Positions 47,384 through 59,500 of a stretch of 64,000 bases of DNA are shown one piece after another; the first letter of the stretch is position 1, and every line of letters begins with the position of its first letter. The notes under the pieces are model-generated. The model did not search any database and was not told the DNA's origin. It was given only the letters and a program-made list of their open reading frames with translations. This DNA comes from Oikopleura dioica (taxonomy: Eukaryota; Animalia; Chordata): assembly GCA_907165135.1 (NCBI GenBank), contig OU015567.1:5828001-5892000 (forward strand). The letters run 5' to 3'. The position numbers were made by a program, and so were the translations under genes.

Positions 47384-49549
47384 TTAGTTATCTCCAAAAA
47401 GACTGCTGTAGAAGAGGGCCTGTGGGTTGTTGCCGGTGAGGGCGTAGCTCAAAAGTGGCTTGTCGCTGTTCAAGGCGGCGATGTTGACGAGTGGGTTTCC
47501 GCCGAGCGAGTTGGCGAAAAGCATCTTGGGGTCCTTGTTGATGGCGTATGCGGTCCATGGGTCCGCGATTTGCTGAGCAACGGCCAAGTTGGTGAGGGTT
47601 TCCTTGGTGTCTGGTCGGTTGACCATGTTGGCGATGATTGGGTTGCCAGTCAAAGCATAGGCGGTCTGTGGGGAGCTGGCGATGGAGCCGTACCAGAGAT
47701 CCTGCTGAGATGGTGTTGGGTGGTTGTAAGCGTTGACAAGGGCGAGGTTCAAGGAATCAGGGTTGGTGTTGCTGATGAGCTTGTCCATCATCAAATAGTT
47801 GGAGTCGCCGGTGAGAGCGAAGCCAAGAGATGGAGAAGCGTTGCCGGCGATGATTCCGGTGGCTGGGTCGACCTTAACTGGCTCTTTTGGAAGGACGTTG
47901 CCTTGTTGACCAGCCATCATGGCGAGAAGTGGGTTGTCGGTCAAAGCGTAAGTGAGAAGTGGGTTGCCAGTGGAAGCAGCACCCCAAGCAAGACCTGGCT
48001 TCTGGTCCTTGGCGGCGAGGAAACCAGCTGGGGAACCAGTGTGGAAGAGACCCTTGAAGGGCTTGTTCTCGGCGGCAGCGGCGGTGACGGCAGCGTTGGC
48101 GAGACCTGGGTTGTTTCGGATGTATTCAGGTCCTTCTCGGAGTCGAATGGCATCGACATCACCACCAGAAGCGTGGAAAGAAGTGGCGGGGTCCTTGATG
48201 TTGGCGGCGATGAGAGCATCGGTGATTTCTTCAACTGGCTTCTGGGAGATGTGAGCAGCCTGGAGAGGAGTGATGTTGCCAGCCTGGCCCTGGATAGCGA
48301 TCTGCATGTACTTGCCGGCCTGGCTATCGGCAGCGTTGCCAGCAAGGAGGAGAGCAGCTGGGTTGACACCACCGTTGGTGCCGGCCATGAGAGCGAGAGA
48401 AGCATCGCTGATTTTGTTGGAGGTGTCTCCGTTCTTGTTGATCAAGAGAGCAGGAAGGAGAGCAGAGACGTCCTGGCCGTTGTTGGCAGCAGTCAACATA
48501 GAGAGAGTTGGGTTCTGCGTCAAGGCAAAGGTGGCAAGTGGATCGTTGGTCTTTGAAGCAAGGAGAGATGTGGCGGGATCTTCGAGCTTCGAGTTGATCA
48601 AGTGGTAGTTGAATGGGTTGACACCGGCTTCGTTGGCAGCGACGAGGGCGAGGTTGTCGTTGCTAATCTGGCCAGTGGCAGCCATGACCTTGGCGGGCTC
48701 AGCACCAGCAACGAGCGCAGACATAGCTGGAGTGACGTTATCGGCAGTAGCGAGAGCGATACCAGCAGCTGCGGGGTTGTTGGATTGAGCGGCCAAGAAG
48801 AGAGGAGCGCTGATTTCACCACCGGTAAGGGCAGCAGCGGTGAGAAGGTTGTTTCCAGATGCTCCAGCGGCAAGGAAAAGTGGAAGGTTGTTGCTGTTGC
48901 CTTCAGCATTTGGGTCCTGGAGGGCCTTGGCGGTAAGGAGAGTGTTAGTATCGAGTCCACCGTTCATGAGGGCGAGTGGAGCGAGGTTTCCAAGACCGTC
49001 ATTTCCGGTAGAAGAAAGAAGGGCAGCAGTGGCAAGACCGCTGTCTGGAGCATCTTTCTGGGAGTGAATGGCAGCAGCATTAAGGTTGCTCTCCATATCG
49101 TCAGCGCCGAGGACGGTAGCAGTGATCAAACTTTCAGCAACGCTACCTCCGTTAGCGGCGTTCTGGGCCATCATAGCCGCTGGAAGAGCAGCTTTCATGT
49201 CATCGTCACCTGCGAGAGCGACGGTGGCGACGGGGCCCATCTTGCCGAGAGCACCTGTGGCGGCAAGGACTGGAAGAGCATCGTTGTTGTCGCCGAGAGC
49301 ACCAGTAGCGGCGAGAATTGGAAGGGCACTGTTAGAGTCTCCTCCGAGCGCACCAGTGGCGGCAAGAAGTGGGAGGGAAGAGTCGGTGTTGTCTCCAAGG
49401 AGGAGGGCGAGGAGAAGGGGATCAAGTTCTCCAAGAGTCATTGATTTGGACATACATCCTTGAGCGGTCTGGACACAATCCTCTGAAGTCTCTCGTCGAG
49501 TGACAGCAGCGTTGACGGAAGTGGCAATGAAAAATTTCGCAAGTTTCAT
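47384..49549 (-). CDS. Intronless 721-aa secreted Ala/Leu/Asn-rich repetitive protein (possible house/extracellular structural protein)
   Basis: Long uninterrupted ORF with biased codon use, a signal-like N-terminus, one Cys pair and recurring P-L-x-x-A-L-T-x-N-P units. Confidence 0.9.
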   Translation of the reverse strand: MKLAKFFIATSVNAAVTRRETSEDCVQTAQGCMSKSMTLGELDPLLLALLLGDNTDSSLPLLAATGALGGDSNSALPILAATGALGDNNDALPVLAATGALGKMGPVATVALAGDDDMKAALPAAMMAQNAANGGSVAESLITATVLGADDMESNLNAAAIHSQKDAPDSGLATAALLSSTGNDGLGNLAPLALMNGGLDTNTLLTAKALQDPNAEGNSNNLPLFLAAGASGNNLLTAAALTGGEISAPLFLAAQSNNPAAAGIALATADNVTPAMSALVAGAEPAKVMAATGQISNDNLALVAANEAGVNPFNYHLINSKLEDPATSLLASKTNDPLATFALTQNPTLSMLTAANNGQDVSALLPALLINKNGDTSNKISDASLALMAGTNGGVNPAALLLAGNAADSQAGKYMQIAIQGQAGNITPLQAAHISQKPVEEITDALIAANIKDPATSFHASGGDVDAIRLREGPEYIRNNPGLANAAVTAAAAENKPFKGLFHTGSPAGFLAAKDQKPGLAWGAASTGNPLLTYALTDNPLLAMMAGQQGNVLPKEPVKVDPATGIIAGNASPSLGFALTGDSNYLMMDKLISNTNPDSLNLALVNAYNHPTPSQQDLWYGSIASSPQTAYALTGNPIIANMVNRPDTKETLTNLAVAQQIADPWTAYAINKDPKMLFANSLGGNPLVNIAALNSDKPLLSYALTGNNPQALFYSSLFGDN

Positions 49550-49649
49550 CTCGCCTGACTATTTCAGTTGCCGAGTGTTAATTAAAAAGTGAATAGCTTT
49601 GGTAAACGCTTGGTGAGCGATAAGCGACTGCGGCTGCGTGATCACGCGC

Positions 49650-49656
49650 TTTTATA
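49650..49656 (-). promoter_or_regulatory. TATA box of the 721-aa gene
   Basis: TATAAAA in GC-rich flanks, about 100 nt upstream of the ATG at 49549. Confidence 0.55.
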
Positions 49657-50549
49657 GAGTCGCGCGGAGTTGCGCCAGCCGCCACCGCGTGGTGGTGGTG
49701 CCGACCGTCATCGTGCTTCCCGTAACTTACGCAACCCACGGCACTTCGTAGCAAGCAGTAAGTCTCTGGCTTCATGGAATCTGACGAAAGCTACAGTACC
49801 AAAAATGACGAAATAAGTAACTTTGGGCGAAACAAGTTTCGGAGAAAATCGAGCGGTCCATACCATCTTTGACGACAATGTTCGACCAAAAAAGATGATT
49901 CAGTTGAATAACTGATCCAAAATCGGATCCAAGCATATTTGAAAGAGCCGTGACATCAATCCAATACAGTAGATACCCTCTACTATGTCTCGTTCATTCG
50001 TTCAGGTGTCACTTTTAATATAAAAAATATGTGCTAGTATTATTCCTATGACCATTTCGCGCGTTCATAATATTTTTCTCCGTCTGAAACTGTAAGGCCC
50101 TGCGGATACTTCTGTATATCTGAAAGGGGTGCCCTAAAAGACGTTCAACCACAGCTGATATTACTGTGAAGAGAGCAGTTCTTAGCCTGCGGGCATGTAA
50201 GTCATTCTCTTTTACTACAAACAGTAAAAACTGTCTCACCGACAGCGAAAACTTTTGCAATTCACGGAAATAGCTTTCGACACTTTTTTTGATTTATTAA
50301 TCAATTTATTTAAAGCTTTAAAGCTTGTCAAAGCTTATACTTATTGTCTGAATAAATAAAGGAAGTACAACAGCGGTGTAAGATAGTAGGATCATAGTAA
50401 AGTAAAGAAAGAAGCATTTTCCGTTTAGTAGTTAAATAATTCAAGAATTACGAATATCACGAACAGCGTAAAATAACTTTGCTTGCAGAAGGTAAAATAA
50501 AAGATCGAGATCGTAAATTGCACTGACCGAAAAGGGTCCTAGAATCAGA

Positions 50550-53500
50550 TTACTGAGGAAGTTCTCCATTGAGCTCTGGCATCACATAGCTGATGTCATC
50601 CCATGGGTGGCGGTAAAGACCTTGTTTGAGTCGCTTCTGATCCAAGTAATGGCCGATGAAGCCCATGCTTAAAACGGTTTTTAAACTTTCATAAGATCGC
50701 CCTGTCTGCTGATAGATTTATCGAGAAAGTGACTTTCAACTTTCAATAAAAAGTCAATTTCAATAATGACATGAGTCGTCTAAGAACCAGGTGACAATCC
50801 AGGAATTATGCGGATTTGGCCAGAAAAATCTAATTACCTTCGACCGAGAACGAAAACGCCGTTCAACGCGCCAATGTTGATGAACTCTTCGGCCTCTTCC
50901 TTGGTGAAGCAGCCGCACTGGCGCATTAAGTCGACGAAACATACAGCAATGCAGCCATCAACGTTAAGAATGAGATTGGGTTTCTAAAGCAGTGTTACTT
51001 TCAGGCTTTTCGGATCATTGTCGCTTTATCCCCATTAAAACTTTAAAGACTTTATTTCCCGTTAATATAAATATCGTCTGAAAAATAGTCGTAAGATGAA
51101 GACTCTTAGTGTGTTTGTATATTATTCAGCTTTTGTCTCGAAGCTTTTGAAATTGAGACGAAGTTAATACGATTTTCGTTTTATTTTATTAACTTGAACC
51201 TTTTTTTTTCAATAAAAAATAGCGATTTGTAATGAAATAAACGAACCTTGGCAGTGGTGACTTGTTCAACTTGAAGCGCATAATCGAGTAGAGGATGTGA
51301 CGGGAACGATTCCATCACGAATTTCTTGATGATTTCGACACGTTTGTCAGGATTATTAATCTAAAGAACGTCGGGTTAATTCTGTTTTACGCTGGAAATT
51401 TTAGCTTACCGATTTGACTCGGTGACCTATTCCCATAATCAGCTTGTGTTGTTTGCGCATGTCGGTGACAAACTCGTGCGGAAGCAGGTTAGAATCAAAT
51501 GCACGCGAAAATTGACGTGCGGCTTCGTCCAGAGCACCACCAAAACGGTCTCCCTAAGTGTTAAAATGTTAAATCGCAGCCTTTTAAAATCGCTAAACAA
51601 CGTCATTGCTTCTTTGAACTCGATAGAAAGGAGCGGGCTTTAATCCAAAGTGTCGATTAATTCGAAGATTCTCTTTTTTTTTAACAAAAAGCATCGTTAA
51701 AATCCCTTACAATCTCCGTAATCCAAGATCATCGGTTTTATAAGAAACGAATCTGAAACATAATGACTTCGATATTATCTATGACAATGTGCATATTTAT
51801 ACGAAATACCGCAGCTATTCAAAAAATGGGTACTTTACTACTAAGCAACGTACTAATCTGAAGTGCAGCTGAGTGTTTCGGGAATACCCTATTCAGCGAT
51901 TAAATACGGCAATTGCCAATAATTAGGACAGAGAAAATAAACGGGACCAATCTTTGATCAACCACAAGACGACCTCTGAAAAGTGTTAAAATAGCAGAAG
52001 TTAACTAGTTATAACTTATACATGCTTAAATATTTCATCCATTATCAATGGCGTTGATGAGTACACCAGTAGCGCTGGTGAACTGGTAGATGGCGCGTGA
52101 GTGCAAGATTTTCTCCGATTTAAAAAGCCCTGAAGGTCTCTTCCTTTCACCAAAAGAAAGAAGCAAAAAAGAATCAGTTTTCATAAGAATGAGGACCGCG
52201 ATATTTTTTACCATCACAGCCGTTTTCAGTGCTCGACTTTCAAAACGAGGCGGCGACGGGTTCAATCCTTGGAACTAGTGAGTACTCTACATTCATCAAT
52301 TGACGTCATAGACTTTAGAACATAAGATTTAGGCTTAAGATCAGTGAGTTCTGTGAACAATGAATGTGTTGCCACGGGGCAAACTTTCTCCCCATCGCTT
52401 GGTAGCCAAAATAGTACCAAAATACCGCGGTCCAGAGCTATGATTCTCCATTCTTTTAAAGATAAAGACCAGTAGAACGCAAAAATTCCCACTAAAACTC
52501 ATAACTAGTCGTGAAACCCGTCTTATGTAACAATTTTTCTTTCGAAACTCGTATAACCTTTTCCGAAAATCGGCAGATTTAGCGGTTCGGCACATGGTTT
52601 AGAATAGTTTCGGAGAACCTTTTCTCTCCCCGCCGCAGAAGGTTATCTAATAAGGACACTTAACCGAGTTGTCATTCGGACTTTTGGTAAGACAGGTGCT
52701 CCTAGCTGGCCCTTCTACGTTCCTAAGCCACTTAGAGATAGCCGACAGAGCTCAACCGCAAGAGCAGATACTAACACGGTTTTCTAGCGTTTACGAGGAT
52801 GAACCAACGAAGGACTTTTTATACGACTCGACGAATGGTGGCGACCAAAAAGCATCGTCTTTCAAACCTTATATGACGTTTTTGAATAACTGAAATACTC
52901 AAATAAAGCATAAAGAGTTCAAACCTTTTCCACTTTCTATAAAAAGCAGCTGATATGAGCCGATAGAACAAAGGATTTTCAAAAAGGGCGCTTAGGCTCT
53001 CGAGAGCACCGCGGGCGCTTATCACCTGCTGTATGCGTCAGCTGGACTAGTGGACGATTCGAGTAAAACCTCGAAGCACGGGCTAGCGGCCAAGTTAAAT
53101 CTGCCCTGCGGCTTTAGTTTACCAAAGTTAGACTCGCTGTTATTGCAACTAGACAAGAGATCCAAACATGCCAGAGATTCTTGAAATTGACGATGAAGAG
53201 GCAGAGCGAATGCAACAACAAGCTGCTAAGAAAAAGGCTGAGGAAGAGGCAGAGCACGCTCAAGGTACTCTATTTGAAGTTACCTCAAATAGACTCTGTT
53301 AGTTAACTCGTTTCAACTTTAATCCGAACACAAACGGCTTCTTGGAAGCATCCATACATATATTTAAAAATCTATAAAAGCTATTGATGAATGAATAAAT
53401 AATGCTATAAAAATGTGCTATAATCTTCATATAAGGAATCTCCTTAAAAAAACATTGGAATTGATTTTCATGAAAGGTAAAGCAAGTGCGCTCTAATGGA

Positions 53501-56500
53501 AAATAGACAAAGATAAGCTTCTGAGTTGAAGAGGATCGTTGTAATGCTATTACAGTAACGGTTTTACTACTGTCGTCATGGAATGACAGATGGAATGTTC
53601 CGCTCAGAATGAAGGATTAAAAAGTAATTAAGCGCTGAAGGATGCAGAAAGAAGACGAAAAGTCGACGACGAGAACAAAAAGCAAAAGGCAGCTCGAGCC
53701 GCTAGAGTCGAAGAAAAAAAGAAACAAACCGCCGAATTGATGAAGAAAATCGGTAAAGTCGATCTCGACGACGACGACAATCCCGACTTTCTATTCACGA
53801 TGCCAAAGGAAAACAAGGATGTGAATGTCAAAGATCTTGGCTACAAGATTTTCGTCGACGACGTCAAGGGACGAGGGATCCGGGCGACAAGAGACTTCAA
53901 AGTTGGAAACCTGGTGCTCAAGGCGGAACCATTCGCTTACGTCATCTTCGACCACATGTCCGAGCATGTTTGTCATCAATGCTTCAACATGGTCGTCCGA
54001 GATCGTCAAGGTCAACCGACAAGTCAGCTGCTTCGATGCTCGAGTTGCAAGTTCGCTCGATACTGTTCCCGCGAGTGTCAGAAAAAAGCCTGGCCTACTC
54101 ACAAAAAAGAGTGCATGGCGATCAAGGTCAGCAAACAATCAATGCATATCAAAACTATATAAAACCTGTATGAAACTTTTTTCACGAACAAATGGTAATC
54201 GGTGATTTAGCGAATCGCGCCGCGTACGGCATCGGATGAGGTTCGTATGGTGTCGCAAATTCTATGGAAACAAGCTGAGCGAGGCGACAAGCGAGCCAAA
54301 TCAGAGGAGTTATGCAGAGTCGAGGAGCTTTGCGATCATCTCAATGACATGTCCTTTGAGGACGTCCAAAAGGAACTGGTTTTATTCATTTAATAAAAAG
54401 TCGCTTGAAATTTACGAAAACACATCGTGAATTAACAAGGTTTAATTCACGACCGAATTACATTTACAATTTGCGATTTGCAATTACAAGAAACTCTAAT
54501 ATTAGAACTTGGCATAATAAACAGCTAACACCAAATTTAAATTAGCTTTCCTCGTAAGCCACGTTTGATGATCACAATTGGTAACTGACGTCAATTATTT
54601 GAAAAAATAGAAATAGACGGAATTCAAAATAGAACCAGAAAAAAGTTGGAGGAGCAGTCAAAAGAAATTGGCGACTACTTTGGCTACGAAAACCTGCCCG
54701 ATTCTGACGAGTACATCGATCATTTGTTTGGCATTGTTTCCTGTAACGGAATGTCAATAACCGATATGCGAGGTTTGCAATACCTCGGAGTTGCTATCCA
54801 CCCGACCTTGAACTTGATCAACCACGATTGCAACCCTAATGTTGTCGCCGTCTCCTGTGGCCCCAACATCTTCGTTAGAGCCATTAAGGTATTGACAAAT
54901 CCCTATTATTTATTAACTACATTGAACTAACCTCTGTTCACCGAAAAATCGGAGAATAAAAACTTAATTCTACTGCACTTAACACTGACCGCATTTAGCC
55001 AATTAAAGAAGGCGAGGAACTGTTCATTTCGTACATCGACACATCAGCTACGTCAGAAACCCGTAAGCAGATCTTGAAAGACCAGTACTACTTCGATTGC
55101 GGCTGCAAAATGTGCGAATGTGGCGACAAAGACGAACTCAAAAGTGCCTATGTGATGCCAAAAGAAGATGTTCCCGAAAAGCGCTCTACTTATATCGAGA
55201 AAAACACGGGTAAATTAATAACCACTTGTCGACCAATCTACAAAAAATATCAATTCCAGACATCATGTTGAAGAAAATCGAGAGTTCTAAAAAGGTACAA
55301 GCGTGGGAACGAGTCGCAGCTCAAGCCGGAGGATGTCTTTTGCAACAAGAAAATCTCTTCGACGACACGCATTTGAAAAAACTAACGATCTTGCAAACAT
55401 GCTCTGAAGTTTCAGGTACACCTTCCTTATTCAGCAGTCGCCTAACACATTTTTTGAAAGCCATTCTCAACCACTACGATGATGCTGCGCAATATGCAGA
55501 GCGAGTTCTTGCGGCTTACGAGCAAATTTACCCCGAATACTCTACACAGGTAAACTTGAACCTGATGAGAATATGTGCCGATAAATCTGAGTGGTCGTCA
55601 TTTGCCCAAGTCGTCATCTGCCCAAGTCGTCATCTGCCCAAGATCGTCATCTGCCCAACTTGGGCAAATGACGACCTGGGTGAATGACGATGTAATTGAA
55701 TTCAAAATTTAAGAAAAATGAAGCAAGATGAAAGTCTAACTGACATCTTGCAAAAAAGTACTCGCAGGAAGTTAGCGTTTTATCAGTTCAAATTCGACAG
55801 TTTTTGTTGAGAAAACAATCTCATCTGCTATAATCTGGGACTTTAGCACCGTATCGAAAAGCAAGGTGTTATGAGTTTTGCCAACGCGTATCCCCCTTTG
55901 CTGACTCTTAGCGCCGGAAAATGGTGCTAAAGTCGGTTTTGTGTTTAGTCTGAACTTTGGATGAAATTTTGTTTGAATTGATTGAATTTAAATGTTGAAG
56001 TGGAACCGAGGATACTCGGGCCGAGTAACCCGGCAGCCTAGTCTCGGCTCACATTTGAACTTGAGTGATAACTTTTGAAAAAGTAGAGAAAAGTTATGAA
56101 TCTCCTCCGGAAGCTAGCTCCAAGTTTTGACCATACTGTATGGTACAGTATTCAGGAGATTTTTTAAGAAGGACTTTCTCTCAGTCTTTTTCTGATCGAG
56201 GACTAATCGAGTAAATCTTTGCTATTAAAATATATCGACCGGACTTCCGGACTTTGACAGTGATGAGTCCGTTCCTGTGAAACATAGAAAAGCTTTTTTC
56301 AAATTCAATTGCAGATCGTCTTTCACCCAAGATCGTCATTTGCCCAAGTTGGGCAGATGACGACCTGGGCAGATGACGACTTGGGCAGATGACGACTTGG
56401 GCAAATGACGACCACTCGATAAGTCTGTCTATTATTAAGATCGGCATGCAAGCTTATCGACTTGGCGTGCACTACTGGCACTTGCAGCGAGTGGAGGATG

Positions 56501-59500
56501 CGATCAAGATGCTTGGCAGAGCGCTCAAGCATCTGGAGATCACGCACGGCCCCGAGCATGGAATGTACCAGGTACCTAATTGCTACTTAGTTCTTCAATC
56601 CTAATGAGCGGCGTAGGACGGCCTCGAAATGATGAAAACGTGTCTCCAGGAGCGTCAAATGGACAAAGCAACATTAATGCGAATTCGCGTCGCTCGAGAA
56701 CGAATGGGCCAGGGCAAAGAAATCGACATGGCTAACCACATTGGAAACGGACCGATCAACTGGACCAGCTCGAACGAATTAAGCTGGAAGGGAAAGAATT
56801 AAACGATTTGCTGTCTCTTATGAAAAAACTAGAATATCCAAAAAGGATTCTGTTCATACCCGTTTTAGATTAATATCAATATTACTACTGTACTTGTACC
56901 ACGTTGTTTCCTGTACAATACTTTGAAAGATCACTTATCTGCTACTATATCTTCTTGATAAATAAAAATATAGGTTTCTTAAAAATGCACGATGTCATTT
57001 TCTCTTCTATCTACTTACAATTGTTAACAAGCCACTTGTCAGCGATGACACCAAGTCTTTTCCGGCACGAGCGCAGACGATTGTATTGTGCGCTCCTGAA
57101 TTAAAAATTAATTGTCCCGGTACTACGAAGCTTCTAAATTTACCAGAAACGGCGGGGCCATGGTCGGCAGTCACCATCAAGCACATCTCGAGAAACTTGG
57201 CGGCGTAAGGAGGGAGGCGCTTTTGGAACCAAAGCAGCGACAGAACTCCGCCGATTCCCATGTCAGATTCGAACACCTTCGAAATTGGAACACCAGCGTA
57301 GGATAGCTCCTGTCCTCGTTCGTCCGAAACTGAGCTCATAAAGCTCGCGGGCTTCCTAATCAGCCCGAGTTCTCGAGCCCAGTTGTAGTCCATCGGCACT
57401 GTCGGCGGTGGAACTTCTTCTTCTTCGACGATGATTTCTTCTTCGACCAGTTTCTGGTAGGTTTCTTTGATCGCATCGCCGAGTCCATCGAATGAAGTCG
57501 GAACGCAAAAGCCCGCTTCTCTGAGTGCCTCGTTCTTGGCCACTGCAGTTTCGGCATTGGCATTTGCCGAAGCTCCAGCGTGGCCAAATTGAACATCGGA
57601 GCCGAATAATTTGGCGCACGTTCCGATGCACCAGGCGACCACGGGCTTCGTGATCAATCCGTTTTCCTTCGCTTTGATGATTTCGTATTCTTCCAAGCCG
57701 CCGATTTCGCCGAGGAGGACGAGGAGCTGCACTTTTGGCTCGTTGTGGTAGCGGATTAAATGGTCGAGGAAGGTGGAGCCGGGATAGCGATCGCCTCCGA
57801 TTGCGCATCCCTCGAACACGCCATTTGTCGCTCTGGAAATGATGTTGTTCAGCTCATTCGACATTCCCCCAGATCGAGAAACGTAAGCAACGCTTCCAGG
57901 TCGATAGAGCTTCGAGTCCAGGATGTTATCGAGCATTCCACCAGTGTTGCCAATTTTGAAGCAACCGGGCTTGATTCCACCCACTGTTGCGGGACCAATG
58001 ATGGTGACGCCGCGCTCTTTTGCCATTTTGTTGAGTAGTTTTGTCTTGTTCTCAGGAATGCCCTCAGCAATGGTGGCGATGGTACGAATTTGAGGGTATT
58101 TTAGAATGTCTGTGAAACGGTTGAACAATTTTTTAATTCGTCATTTTCAGATTTTTTAACCATGAAAAATTCAAATTCGCGGTTCTAATTGAGGTTATTG
58201 ATGATTTTTTCGATATTCTATTCACTGAATAGTATTCAGCCGGCCTTTAGTTGCTTCCTCGGCAGATCGAAGCGAAGCAAAATTGATAACAACATCAGCC
58301 TTAAAAATCCTGATGAGAATACATATTTCTGGATCGATTCCAAAAGGTAGTCGTTTATTAAACAACGGGCTTTAGGAGATAACGGGCATTACTGTAAAAA
58401 TGAGTAATATCGCTTCCTTCTGAATTAATATTAACACGTGCGCCGTAATGTGTACTGCCTAATGTTCTCCCTAGCGAGTTGCCAGGGCTTTATTTTGTTT
58501 TTTTTTTGTCATTTTTTCGAACCTTTGGAAAAGCGGCGATAGCATCGGACATGTTCTTGTAGACGGGAATCAGAATTTCTAAGAAGAAAAATTAATCAGG
58601 TCACTTTTAGAGAAAAAAAAAAGATTAAAGCTGCATGTAAGTCTAAAGATAAAAGAAAAGCTACATGAGAAAATACAAGATAAGCTTCTTTTTAAAATCA
58701 TCTGTCATTTTGTGGAAAAAGACCTACCTTTGTGGCCCCAGTAGAACTTCTGATTATGATCGCCGCTGAAATTAATAATTAAACGTTAGAAGACTCGCGC
58801 CTCAAAATTGGTAAAACGCATTTTCCAATAATACTTTAGTTAACTAGCTATTGAAAAAGTGTTATCGTCGATATTCAATTTTTAATCAATTTTTTTTCTC
58901 CTCTCTCAGATCTTGGCCGAAAATTAATTAGCGGAAAATAACGATGGGAAGATTACAAAGCTGCTGGTTTTAGACAAGAAAGAAAATGAAACTAGTTCAA
59001 AAGTTCGCGAAAGTCGAATAAATGGAAAGAAGAAAGAATGATTCCTGGTTAGATAACGAGGCCGCTGACTTAGAGAAATACCTTACAGAAATTCCTTCAG
59101 AGACTATTGCACAATGGCCTTATCAAGAAGTGGTGTTGTGGCAGTTGGTGCTGAGCAATCTTATCTTAGGAAAGGGGCCTTTCAATTTTCAAATTTACAA
59201 ATTATACAATGGAAGAGACCCATTTTAGTCGTAATATTCCTGTGCATCCTTTGCTACATGAGTTATTTTTTCGAAAAAGAACGCGCTTTCCAACGCCGAA
59301 AGCTTCACGAAACACTTCAAAGATTTCAAGACGAGTACTTTCCGCTCTCACGAAATGCTCTGGGTCCTCCGGAAGGTAATTTCCTAATTGTCCGTTTTCA
59401 AGAAAGTCAAGTTTCTCAACATATCGAAATTCAAGAGGAAAAAACCGTTTAGGAACGCTCTTGCGCAGAATTATTACCGAAGAGGGCAGCATTTATCGAA

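Noticed and set aside
47570-49463. Long plus-strand and alternate-frame ORFs over the 721-aa gene
   Set aside because: Shadow ORFs caused by biased codon usage. The same applies to antisense ORFs over the Nav, nAChR, CUB and ACLY exons.
55592-55680. 16-bp tandem units superficially like a CRISPR array
   Set aside because: No unique spacers, mirrored at 56330-56415 as a transposon TIR, and in a eukaryotic context.
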